From: Gemmata obscuriglobus
GTDB lineage: Bacteria > Planctomycetota > Planctomycetia > Gemmatales > Gemmataceae
Length of the DNA stretch: 32,000 bases
Direction of reading: 5' to 3'
NCBI RefSeq assembly: GCF_008065095.1
Contig: NZ_CP042911.1
Location: forward strand, 3,420,001 to 3,452,000
The notes beneath the pieces were generated by a model that searched no databases, had not been told where the DNA came from, and saw only the letters and a program-made list of their open reading frames with translations. This document shows positions 9,002 through 16,922 of the stretch, one piece after another. Position 1 is the first letter of the stretch; each line of letters starts with the position of its first letter. Position numbers and translations under genes: made by a program.

Positions 9002-9552
9002 GTGGGAAGAGTAAACCACCGACCCCGGCCGAACTCCGGGCGGCCCAGAACAAAACCGTTCCCGATGTGATCGGCCCCGGTTTGAAGGTACTGTTCTGTG
9101 GCATCAACCCCGGGCTGTACACGGCCGCGATCGGGCATCACTTCGGACGGCCGGGCAACCGGTTCTGGCCGACACTTCACCGCGCGGGTTTCACGCCCCG
9201 CCTGCTCGACCCGAGCGAGGAGTTGGAACTGCTCCCGCTCGGGTACGGGATCACCAACGTGGTCGCGCGGGCCACGGTCGGTGCGGACGAACTGACCAAC
9301 GACGAGTACGTGACGGGCGGTGCGGCGCTGCGCGAGAAGGTCCTCGCCTTCGCCCCCAAGTACCTCGCGGTTCTCGGCATCGGTGCGTACCGGGTCGGGT
9401 TCGCGCGGCCCAAGGCGGTCATCGGGCTTCAGCCCGAACCGATCGGCCAAACACGGGTGTGGGTGTTGCCCAACCCGAGCGGCCTCAACGCCCACTACCA
9501 AGGCGCCGATCTGGTGAAGGTGTTCCGTCAACTTCGCGGGGCTGCAGGCTGA
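8998..9552 (+). CDS. mug: G/U mismatch-specific DNA glycosylase (UDG family 2)
   Basis: LKVLFCGINPGLYTAAIGHHFGRPGNRFWPTL, GYGITNVVARAT and VWVLPNPSGLNAHY align block for block with E. coli Mug. The GTG start overlaps the upstream TGA (GTGA). Confidence 0.9.
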   Translation: MSGKSKPPTPAELRAAQNKTVPDVIGPGLKVLFCGINPGLYTAAIGHHFGRPGNRFWPTLHRAGFTPRLLDPSEELELLPLGYGITNVVARATVGADELTNDEYVTGGAALREKVLAFAPKYLAVLGIGAYRVGFARPKAVIGLQPEPIGQTRVWVLPNPSGLNAHYQGADLVKVFRQLRGAAG

Positions 9553-9650
9553 TCTCTTGCTACCGACGCGCACGTCCGGTTAACATCTCGTTCCGGTAGC
9601 GCCCGGTACCGCCGTCGCTTCCACGTCTTCCGCTCCGGGAGTTCCTCGCC

Positions 9651-10664
9651 ATGCGGTTCACCTTCGCCGGGTTACTCTGCTCTTTGACCATCGGGGCTGC
9701 GCTCTCGACCGCCCCGGTGCCGAAAGCGGGACCGCCGCGGGGGCTGCTGGTCGTTACGAGTAACACGAACGGGAACTGGGAAATCTACCTCGTGCAGGCG
9801 AGCACCGGCGCGGCCAGACGGCTCACCGACAACACGGCGAGCGACACCGAACCGGTCTGGTCGCCCGACGGGAAGCGGATCGCGTTCACCTCGGACCGTG
9901 CCGGCGAACCGGACGTGTGGTTGATGAACGCCGATGGGACCGAGCCCGAGCAACTCACCAAGAAGTGCGGCGGCTGCACGGGCCTGCGGTGGTCGCCCGA
10001 CGGGAAGCGGATCGCGTTCACCGGTCGGCAGAACGGAATCGAGCAGGTCATGGCCGTCGAGGTCGCGACCGGCAAGGTGAGCCGGCTCATCGACGGGACC
10101 GTCTTGTGCCGCCACGCCTCATGGTCGCCCGACGGGAAGAAGCTCTCGTTCGGCTATTTTCCGGGCCGCTACGCGATTTACACGGCGACCGCGGAGGGTA
10201 AAGAACTGGCCGAACTCACCGACAAGAAGGGTGGTTTGGACGCGGCGTGGTCTCCAAACGGTCAGCAGCTCGCGTTCATGACGCTGGACGCGGACCGCGA
10301 CTGGCAGGTCTTCGTGATCGGCGCCGACGGCAATAACAAGAAGCAACTCACGAAGAGCGCGAACAACTACGGGGCCAGGTACCCGCTGTGGTCCCCGGAC
10401 GGGAATTTCATTTCGTTCGAGGAAATTGTTGACGGTAAGCTTCAGGTCGCGGTGATGCGGGCCGACGGGAGCGACCCGAAGGTCATCACGTCGAAGCACG
10501 AGCACACGCTGACGCGGTGGTCGCCGGACGGTAAGTCGCTCAGCTACGCGCGGTCCGAGAAGGGCCAGCTACCCGCGCTGTGGGTCAGCGACCCCGACGG
10601 CGGTAACGCGAAAGAACTCCTCGGCGGCGTTGGGACGTGGGCCGCCGAGTGGAAGCCGAAGTAA
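9651..10664 (+). CDS. TolB-like periplasmic beta-propeller with six PD40 (WD40-like) repeats
   Basis: Signal peptide MRFTFAGLLCSLTIGAALSTAP. Six repeats of W-S-P-D/N-G-x-x-(I/L)-(A/S)-F are present, for example VWSPDGKRIAFTSDR and RWSPDGKRIAFTGRQ. Confidence 0.85.
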   Translation: MRFTFAGLLCSLTIGAALSTAPVPKAGPPRGLLVVTSNTNGNWEIYLVQASTGAARRLTDNTASDTEPVWSPDGKRIAFTSDRAGEPDVWLMNADGTEPEQLTKKCGGCTGLRWSPDGKRIAFTGRQNGIEQVMAVEVATGKVSRLIDGTVLCRHASWSPDGKKLSFGYFPGRYAIYTATAEGKELAELTDKKGGLDAAWSPNGQQLAFMTLDADRDWQVFVIGADGNNKKQLTKSANNYGARYPLWSPDGNFISFEEIVDGKLQVAVMRADGSDPKVITSKHEHTLTRWSPDGKSLSYARSEKGQLPALWVSDPDGGNAKELLGGVGTWAAEWKPK

Positions 10665-10665
10665 C

Positions 10666-11829
10666 TTACGCGGGGCGGCTAACGAGGTTGCGGTAGTACG
10701 CCTCGAACCGCTTGGTCATGGCCTCGCGGCTGTACTCCGCGGCCACCCGGCGCCGCGCCGCGGCGCCATATCCCGCCGCTTGCAGCGGGTTCGCGAGGAG
10801 CGCTCCGATCGCGCTGACGATTGCGGCCTCGTCCCCAGAGGGGACAAGCACGCCGCACCGGCCGTTGTCGAGCAGTTGGGCGTTCGCGCCCACGTCGGTG
10901 GCGATCACCGCGCGGCCGGCGGCCATGTACTCGAGCAGCGCGTTCGACATCCCCTCGGAGTGCGACGGCAGCACCGCGATATCGACGCCGCGGAGGAAGC
11001 CGGGCACGTCGGACACGGAGCCCCGAAGGACGAACCGGTCGCCCAGGCCCAGGTCCGCGTGAAGCCGTTCGAGTTGCGCACGCTGCTCGCCCTCCCCGGC
11101 CACCTCGAACAAGAGCTGCGGGTGCTTCGCCAGCGCCGCTTTTGCCGTGCGCATCAGCCCGTCAATGTTCTTGACGGTGCGCAGGTTGGCCACGCACCCG
11201 ACCTTCACGAGCTTCTTCGAGGTGTCGGGGAGCATGAACCGCTTGAAGCGCGACGTGTCCACGCCGTTCTCCAGAACGGCGACATCGTCCGGGGCGGCCC
11301 CGTCGCGCGTGACGAGGGCTTGCTTTCCGGCGTCGGTGTTGGTGAGTGTGAGGTCCACGAACGGACGCACCAGTTTTCCGAGCAGGCGGTGGCGGCGAGT
11401 CAGCCAGTAGCCCAGATTGTTCCTGACGCGCAAAACTTTACGAATCCCACACATCTTGGCCAGCGGTGCGCCAAAGTAAGCCGAATCTGTGAAGTACACC
11501 TGAAGGATTTCCGGACGGCACTGCTGCCAGAACGTGCGGAGCCGACGTGCGGCCGCGAGCGCGTTCGCGCTGGCGAGCTTCCGCAGCCCCAGCCGCACAA
11601 CCGGGCAGTCGGCCGGCTCCAAGTCGCGCGAGAGATCGTCCTCGCCGTCGAGCAGGACGAGCGTCGGCTGCACCCGCGAGCGGTCCAGCGACCGGATCAG
11701 CGCGAGCAGTTGCGTTTCGGTCCCGGCCCGACTGAGCCGGTCGATCATGAAGCACACGCGGACCGGTTCGGTCGCGGGTGCGGGTGCGGTGACGGGGAAC
11801 ATAAGGCGCGGTGCGAGCAGAGCGGACAT
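10666..11829 (-). CDS. GT4 (Glycos_transf_1) glycosyltransferase
   Basis: 387-aa ORF. RVCFMIDRLSRAGTE is N-terminal. The C-terminal LPSHSEGMSNALLEYMAAGRAVIATDVG is the E-x7-E retaining-GT motif. Confidence 0.85.
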   Translation of the reverse strand: MSALLAPRLMFPVTAPAPATEPVRVCFMIDRLSRAGTETQLLALIRSLDRSRVQPTLVLLDGEDDLSRDLEPADCPVVRLGLRKLASANALAAARRLRTFWQQCRPEILQVYFTDSAYFGAPLAKMCGIRKVLRVRNNLGYWLTRRHRLLGKLVRPFVDLTLTNTDAGKQALVTRDGAAPDDVAVLENGVDTSRFKRFMLPDTSKKLVKVGCVANLRTVKNIDGLMRTAKAALAKHPQLLFEVAGEGEQRAQLERLHADLGLGDRFVLRGSVSDVPGFLRGVDIAVLPSHSEGMSNALLEYMAAGRAVIATDVGANAQLLDNGRCGVLVPSGDEAAIVSAIGALLANPLQAAGYGAAARRRVAAEYSREAMTKRFEAYYRNLVSRPA

Positions 11830-11850
11830 CCTTGTCCTCCTCGAATCGAA

Positions 11851-12996
11851 TCAGGCTGCAACTTCAACAGGTGTCGGGCGAAGAGTGAGGGCGCGGAGCA
11901 GGCGCAGGTAGGCGTCGGCCTGGGCCTGGAAGGTGAACAGGTCGCGCATCCGGGCGCGGCCGGCGTCACCGAACCGGGACCGCAGCGACCGGTCGCGGAG
12001 CAACTCACCAACTTTCGCGGCGATCGCGCCGGGATCGCCGGGCGGAACCAAAAAACCGTTCACGGTGTCGGCGATCGCTTCGGGCGTTCCGCCGACGGCG
12101 GTCGCGACCACCGGGACGCCGGCGGCACTGGCTTCGAGCGCGACGTTCGGCAAACCTTCGGTGAACGAGGGTAGAACAACCACGTCCGCGCCGCCGATGA
12201 GGGCGTCGAGGTCGGTCCGGAACCCCGGGAGCGCTACGCGGCCCGTGAGGTCGAGTTCGGCGATGCGACGTTCGAGTTCGCCCCGGAGCGGCCCTTCTCC
12301 GAATAAGACCACGCCGGCGTTCGGGTGCTCGCGGCAGATCGCGTGCGCCGCTTCAACGAGCACGCCGAACCCCTTCTCCGGGCTGAACCGCCCAGCGCCG
12401 AGCACCACTTGCGAAACCGGGCCGCCGGCCGGGAAGAAGCCGAGCAACCGCTCGCGGGCTTGCGGGTCCGCGTTCTCGAACGCGCCGAGCCGGGCGCTGT
12501 TGCGAATGACGCTCAGGCGATCGGCCGGCACGCGGCACCAGCGGCGAACCTTCTCCGCCTGCCCTTCGGACACGCAGATGACGTGGTCCATCAGCGGCAT
12601 GTGTCGGCGGTCGATCCACTCGTAGGCTTTGACCTTTCGCGTCTCGGCGGTCCACCCGCGCGACACCGCAACGGCCGGTATCCCGACCCGCCGCGCCGCG
12701 AGCCGCCCCAGCACGTGCGCTTTGTAGCCGTGGCAGATGAGCACGTCACAGGCGGTCGTGCGAAGCAGTTCAGTCACCTCACGGACGGCCGAGAACACGC
12801 GCGGGAAGTCGGTCTTGAGTGGCGCGGCGGGGAACCCGTGTTTGCGGACCTCGTCAAGGAACGCGGTGCCGCGGCCCCCTTCAGGAAAGGTGGCAAACGT
12901 GGTGCGCACGGTATCGGGTAGTGCCAGCGCGAGCCCGAGCATCTGGCGCTCGGGGCCGCCGAAAAAGGTACTGGCGGTGAGGTGAACGAGATTCAT
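11851..12996 (-). CDS. GT4 (Glycos_transf_1) glycosyltransferase
   Basis: In frame within track ORF 11851..13254. I prefer ATG 12996 (MNLVHLTASTFFGGPERQ); ATG 13008 is also possible. LPSFTEGLPNVALEASAAGVPVVATAVGG is the E-x7-E motif. It ends 21 nt upstream of the next GT4 gene, so the two probably form an operon. Confidence 0.85.
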   Translation of the reverse strand: MNLVHLTASTFFGGPERQMLGLALALPDTVRTTFATFPEGGRGTAFLDEVRKHGFPAAPLKTDFPRVFSAVREVTELLRTTACDVLICHGYKAHVLGRLAARRVGIPAVAVSRGWTAETRKVKAYEWIDRRHMPLMDHVICVSEGQAEKVRRWCRVPADRLSVIRNSARLGAFENADPQARERLLGFFPAGGPVSQVVLGAGRFSPEKGFGVLVEAAHAICREHPNAGVVLFGEGPLRGELERRIAELDLTGRVALPGFRTDLDALIGGADVVVLPSFTEGLPNVALEASAAGVPVVATAVGGTPEAIADTVNGFLVPPGDPGAIAAKVGELLRDRSLRSRFGDAGRARMRDLFTFQAQADAYLRLLRALTLRPTPVEVAA

Positions 12997-13116
12997 CCCT
13001 GTGCGCATCCATGCGGCGAAGGGCAGCGGGCGTAAGACTGAAAGTGTAGGGGTTGTGCGGGCTGCCTGTCTACCCGAACTTTCTGGTTCTGTGTTTCTAC
13101 GCAAGTGCCTTGGTTG

Positions 13117-13244
13117 TTCGTTGACGGCTCGTGCCGAGGTCTTCGTTGACGAGTGCTGGGTGGCGCAATTCCTGGCGCCACTGCGATTTCCAGAGGGTGA
13201 CTGTTTCCGACAACGCGTCTGCTCGCGGCGTGCGTCGTTGACGG
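13117..13244. repeat. three copies of TCGTTGACG in the intergenic region upstream of the GT4 operon
   Basis: TTCGTTGACG occurs at 13117..13126 and 13142..13151, and TCGTTGACGG at 13235..13244. A 7-bp hairpin GTGGCGC/GCGCCAC (13160..13181) lies between them. Function unknown. Confidence 0.5.
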
Positions 13245-13255
13245 AATGTGACATC

Positions 13256-13290
13256 GGGTGAAACGCGACTTTGGCAGTCGCGCGTCACCC
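13256..13290 (-). terminator. interrupted GC-rich hairpin just downstream of the permease gene
   Basis: GGGTGA-AA-CGCGACT-TTGGC-AGTCGCG-CG-TCACCC starts 11 nt after the TAG at 13301..13303 on the minus strand. Confidence 0.5.
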
Positions 13291-13300
13291 GACTCGGTAC

Positions 13301-15319
13301 CTACGCCGTCCCGGCGATGATGATGAGCGGGCGTTTGCTCTCGTCGGGCTGTGCCCGGCGGATCAGGTCGCGCACCATCCACGGCACGTTGCCCTCACCG
13401 AACAGTAGGAATCCGAGCGTTCCGGACACCGGGCTGTCGTCGGTCCACCCGAAGTGGACCTCGGGCGGGCGCCCGATCTTGGCCATTTCCAGTGCGAGGG
13501 CCGCCAGGGTGTGCGCAATCGAGGCGGCGCCGGAGATCTTCACCACGTACCGGCCCTCTTCTTTTATAACCTGAAGCACCGGCTCGTTCACGAAGTCGCT
13601 GGTGTCGGCCAACTCCACCTCCACGAACACGATGATGAGGTCGCGCGGGATGCGGTGCTCGCGCCGGATTTGTCCTTCCTTGTTTGCCAAGCTGCGGCGG
13701 CCGGGGCGGTGCGGCACAAGCACCGACAGCTCCAGGTCGCGGATCGTGTCCCACATGAGCCGGCTCTCGGCGTCCGCGATCTTGAACCCGGCGAACCGCA
13801 GCTCCCGGCTCCGCGCGTACCGTGACCAGAACGAGGTCACCAGGATCGCCAGGATGAAGAAGGCCGCGATCTTGATGCCGTCTGGCTTTTCGTAGACGTT
13901 CGCGATCGTTGTGTAGATGAACACAATGGTGATAAGCACGAAGGGCCAGCATAGGCGCCGGTACCACCGGCCCTCGCGCCGGTCCCAGATGTCGATGACG
14001 CTCGCGGTGCAGGCGCTTGTGATGAGTACAAGCACCCCGGTGGCGTAGGCGGCGCTCTGTGCGTCCACGCTGGCCCGGAAGATGAGCGTGACCACCAGGT
14101 TGACGACCGTGAACAGCAGCACAAGCGGGCGCGTGGCCCGCGCCCACTCCGGCGCCATTCCGTACTTCGGCAGGTACTGCGGGACGAGGTTCAGCAGGCC
14201 GGCCATCGCGCTGGCGCCGGCGAACCACAGGATCACGACCGTCGAGAGGTCGTAGGCGGTGCCGAACCACTCGCCGAAGAACGGGAGCAGTTTGCCGTCC
14301 GGGTTCTCCCCGTGAGCCAGGTACGCCAGGGCCCGGTCCTTCGCCTTCAGCTCCTTATCGGCGACCCCGTGCCGCTCGGCGCCGTGCGCGTCCGCCTTCG
14401 TGAGGTGCTCCGGAGGTATCAGGCAGGCGACCACCAGCGAAGAGCAAATCAGGTACACGGACATGATGAGCGCGGCTGTCACCAGCAGCTTGCGCGTGTT
14501 CGCGATGCGCGCCTTCGGCTCGTTCGGGTCGTCGGTGTCGGACCCTTTGACCAGCGGCATCACCGCCACACCGGTTTCAAATCCGGAAAGGCCGAGTGCG
14601 AGCTTCGGGAAGATGAGCAGGCTGATGGCCACGACGGTGAACAGCCCGGTGCCTGCGAGCGGGCGCTCGGACTCCTTGAGGAACCACTCGCCCGCCCGAA
14701 TGCGGTGGGCCAGTTGTTCGAGCCGCTCCGGGTGCTCGATCAGGTGCTCCACGCCGGCACCGACCACGGCCGCGCTGAGCACCAGGTACACGCCAACGAT
14801 GACCACCGCCAGGCCGATCACCTCGCGGAACCCGCGGAGAAAGAACGCGCCCAACAGTACGAGCATGAACGACGTGACGTAGATCGTCTGACGTGTTTTC
14901 TCGGCGTCGTCGTCGACGGACAGCGGCCAGTGCGGGTTGGTGATCAGGTGGACCGCGGCGTCCGCAGCGGACAGCGTTTTGGTGATGACGAAGTCGGTGG
15001 CGGCGAAGCCGAGGAGCGTGAGGACGAGAATCTTCCCGCCCCACCCAGAAACCAGCTTCGCGAGCATCCCGATGGAGCCCTGGCCGGTGTGCGACCGCCC
15101 GCACACATACCAGTACACCGGCAGCGCGCCAAACAGAGTGACAAGTACCAGGACGATCGTCGCGAGGGGCGCAAGCAGCCCGGCGTTCTCGTAGGCGATC
15201 GAGGGCTGGTAGCCGAGGGTGGAGAAGTAGTCGACGCCGGTCAAGCACATCACCCACAGCCAGAACGACTGATGGTGGCCCTTGCCCGGCTCCGCGTGGG
15301 CGCCCGGTTGGTCGCTCAT
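13301..15319 (-). CDS. APC-superfamily-like permease with a roughly 190-aa soluble C-terminal domain
   Basis: 672-aa ORF. The N-terminal two-thirds is a series of hydrophobic helices (FWLWVMCLTGVDYFSTLGYQPSIAYENAGLLAPLATIVLVLV...). The last roughly 190 aa are hydrophilic. The family assignment is tentative. Confidence 0.6.
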   Translation of the reverse strand: MSDQPGAHAEPGKGHHQSFWLWVMCLTGVDYFSTLGYQPSIAYENAGLLAPLATIVLVLVTLFGALPVYWYVCGRSHTGQGSIGMLAKLVSGWGGKILVLTLLGFAATDFVITKTLSAADAAVHLITNPHWPLSVDDDAEKTRQTIYVTSFMLVLLGAFFLRGFREVIGLAVVIVGVYLVLSAAVVGAGVEHLIEHPERLEQLAHRIRAGEWFLKESERPLAGTGLFTVVAISLLIFPKLALGLSGFETGVAVMPLVKGSDTDDPNEPKARIANTRKLLVTAALIMSVYLICSSLVVACLIPPEHLTKADAHGAERHGVADKELKAKDRALAYLAHGENPDGKLLPFFGEWFGTAYDLSTVVILWFAGASAMAGLLNLVPQYLPKYGMAPEWARATRPLVLLFTVVNLVVTLIFRASVDAQSAAYATGVLVLITSACTASVIDIWDRREGRWYRRLCWPFVLITIVFIYTTIANVYEKPDGIKIAAFFILAILVTSFWSRYARSRELRFAGFKIADAESRLMWDTIRDLELSVLVPHRPGRRSLANKEGQIRREHRIPRDLIIVFVEVELADTSDFVNEPVLQVIKEEGRYVVKISGAASIAHTLAALALEMAKIGRPPEVHFGWTDDSPVSGTLGFLLFGEGNVPWMVRDLIRRAQPDESKRPLIIIAGTA

Positions 15320-15495
15320 TTTACGAGGGAGTGGACCGCGCGCGGAACCGCGCGACAGGCGCGGCGGGCGGGCGGCGAGAGGCGGTTACAGGTGACGAGC
15401 ACCGCCCCAAAACCGCTCGGTATTATAGGGAAAATTTGTGTCGCGGCGCCCATGACGGCGGAGAACGCGCCGCCCGCGGGTCCGCGGGTGGGGGC

Positions 15496-16035
15496 CTAGA
15501 GCGCGTTCCAGAGGGCTTTTAGCGCGAACACTGTGCCCACGATCCCGCCCCCCACGATCAGGGCGAACACGGTGAACGCCCCGATCAGCTTGAGCCAACT
15601 GCCGCGTGTGGCGGCGCCGCGGTTCTCGACTGCCTCCACCACCAACCGGGCGTTCTTGGCGTTCGCTTTGTACAGCACGTCGAGAAAATCCCCGATGAAC
15701 GGCACGATGCCGAGCGCCGCATCGATCAGCAAATTCATCAGCATCCGGGCAATAATGACGGTCGGTACGTTGAGCCGTGCGGCGGCGCGGAGGATGTACG
15801 CCCCCACCGCGGCGCTGCCGATGTCACCCACGCCGGGGATCAGCCCGAGTAGCGCATCGAGCCCGACCTTCACGTTCGTGTTCGGAACGGTAACGGCCTC
15901 GTCCATCACCTTCGCGATCCCGCGGAGGATCACCAACTCGGCCTCCACCTCGCGGGACGGCAGGATGCGGACGGTGGTTAACTCCGGAGCTTCTTCGGGT
16001 CGACGCTCTGGTGCTTGATGTGTGTTCGTTTCCAC
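15496..16035 (-). CDS. DUF4112 domain membrane protein
   Basis: VGLDALLGLIPGVGDIGSAAVGAYILRAAARLNVPTVIIARMLMNLLIDAALGIVPFIGDFLDVLYKANAKNARL matches the DUF4112 signature. ATG 16035 would overlap the upstream gene by 58 nt. GTG 15933 is preceded by GGAGG at 8 nt and is a plausible alternative start. Confidence 0.8.
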   Translation of the reverse strand: METNTHQAPERRPEEAPELTTVRILPSREVEAELVILRGIAKVMDEAVTVPNTNVKVGLDALLGLIPGVGDIGSAAVGAYILRAAARLNVPTVIIARMLMNLLIDAALGIVPFIGDFLDVLYKANAKNARLVVEAVENRGAATRGSWLKLIGAFTVFALIVGGGIVGTVFALKALWNAL

Positions 16036-16907
16036 GTGTATGTGATCTCCAGCGTACCGGCCGATGACTCGATGATGGCCGGGTACGAGAACTCTCCGGG
16101 TTCGGTTTCGAGGTCCGCGACCTTCTTCCAGGTCTTGCCGTCGTCGGTCGAGCGGGCGAGGCTGATGGGTGTACGGAGCACCGAGGTTGGGTTGTAGATC
16201 AGGAACACATCGCCCTCTTTAGTCCGCACACAGTCGATACCGGAACTCGGGTTGGCGAGCGAGGTTTCTTCGGCCGGCGAGAAGGTCTCGCCGCCGTCCT
16301 TCGATTCCGACCGGCAGACGGTGAGCGGGTTCCGCGACCGCATCAACACTACGATCTTCCCGTCCTTCGCTTCAAAGAGTGCGGGCTGGATCTGGTTGAA
16401 CTTCTCCGGCACCGGGAACGGGTTCGAGCGCTTCCAGGTTTTGCCCTCATCGGTGGAACGGTCCACGAACGGAACCCAGTTCCGGTAGCTCTCCCAGGAG
16501 GTCCCAGCGAGAATCGTGCCGTTCGCGAGTTGAATCGGCTTCGCCCGCACCGGCCCCATGAACGTACTCGGCATCATTTCCGGCTTCGTCCACGTCTTGC
16601 CGTTGTCGGCGGATGTGCGGACGTATCCGGTCCAGTTGTCGGGCTTCGGTCCGGCCTTGTACCAGAGGAACAGCGTTCCTTTTGCAGACTTGAACAGCAC
16701 CGGATTCCAGCACGGTTGACCGGGCTCGGTGCCGAACACCTTCGGCTCGGACCATTTCTTGCCGTCAAAAGTGCTGGCCCAGATCTCAACGTCCTTGGCG
16801 CCTTCGGCCTTGCCGCCGAACCAAGTGGCCATGAGCTTACCCTGCTCGTGCTCCACAAGGCTGGAGGCGTGGCAGGAGGGAAAGGGGGCTTTCTCGAAGA
16901 TGAACAT
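15978..16907 (-). CDS. BNR/Asp-box sialidase-like (exo-alpha-sialidase family) protein, no signal peptide
   Basis: N-terminal FPSCHASSLVEHEQGKLMATWFGG. Four Asp-box motifs are present: SADNGKTW, STDEGKTW, SKDGGETF and STDDGKTW. Confidence 0.8.
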   Translation of the reverse strand: MFIFEKAPFPSCHASSLVEHEQGKLMATWFGGKAEGAKDVEIWASTFDGKKWSEPKVFGTEPGQPCWNPVLFKSAKGTLFLWYKAGPKPDNWTGYVRTSADNGKTWTKPEMMPSTFMGPVRAKPIQLANGTILAGTSWESYRNWVPFVDRSTDEGKTWKRSNPFPVPEKFNQIQPALFEAKDGKIVVLMRSRNPLTVCRSESKDGGETFSPAEETSLANPSSGIDCVRTKEGDVFLIYNPTSVLRTPISLARSTDDGKTWKKVADLETEPGEFSYPAIIESSAGTLEITYTWKRTHIKHQSVDPKKLRS

Positions 16908-16922
16908 GGGAGATTGCGGGGG

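Noticed and set aside
10630-12174. Other long shadow ORFs: 10630..12174 (+), 6923..8158 (-), 27657..29498 (-), 28232..29272 (-), 14312..15499 (+), 8572..9573 (-), 3185..4114 (-), 5437..6066 (-), 17617..18519 (-), and most of 5778..6938 (+).
   Set aside because: Each overlaps a gene with clear family motifs on the other strand or in another frame. Each translates to Arg/Pro/Ala/Gly-rich sequence with no recognisable domain.
15422-15427. A TATAAT hexamer on the minus strand about 100 nt upstream of the permease start.
   Set aside because: No acceptable -35 element lies at 16-19 nt spacing. An isolated hexamer is not sufficient evidence for a promoter call.
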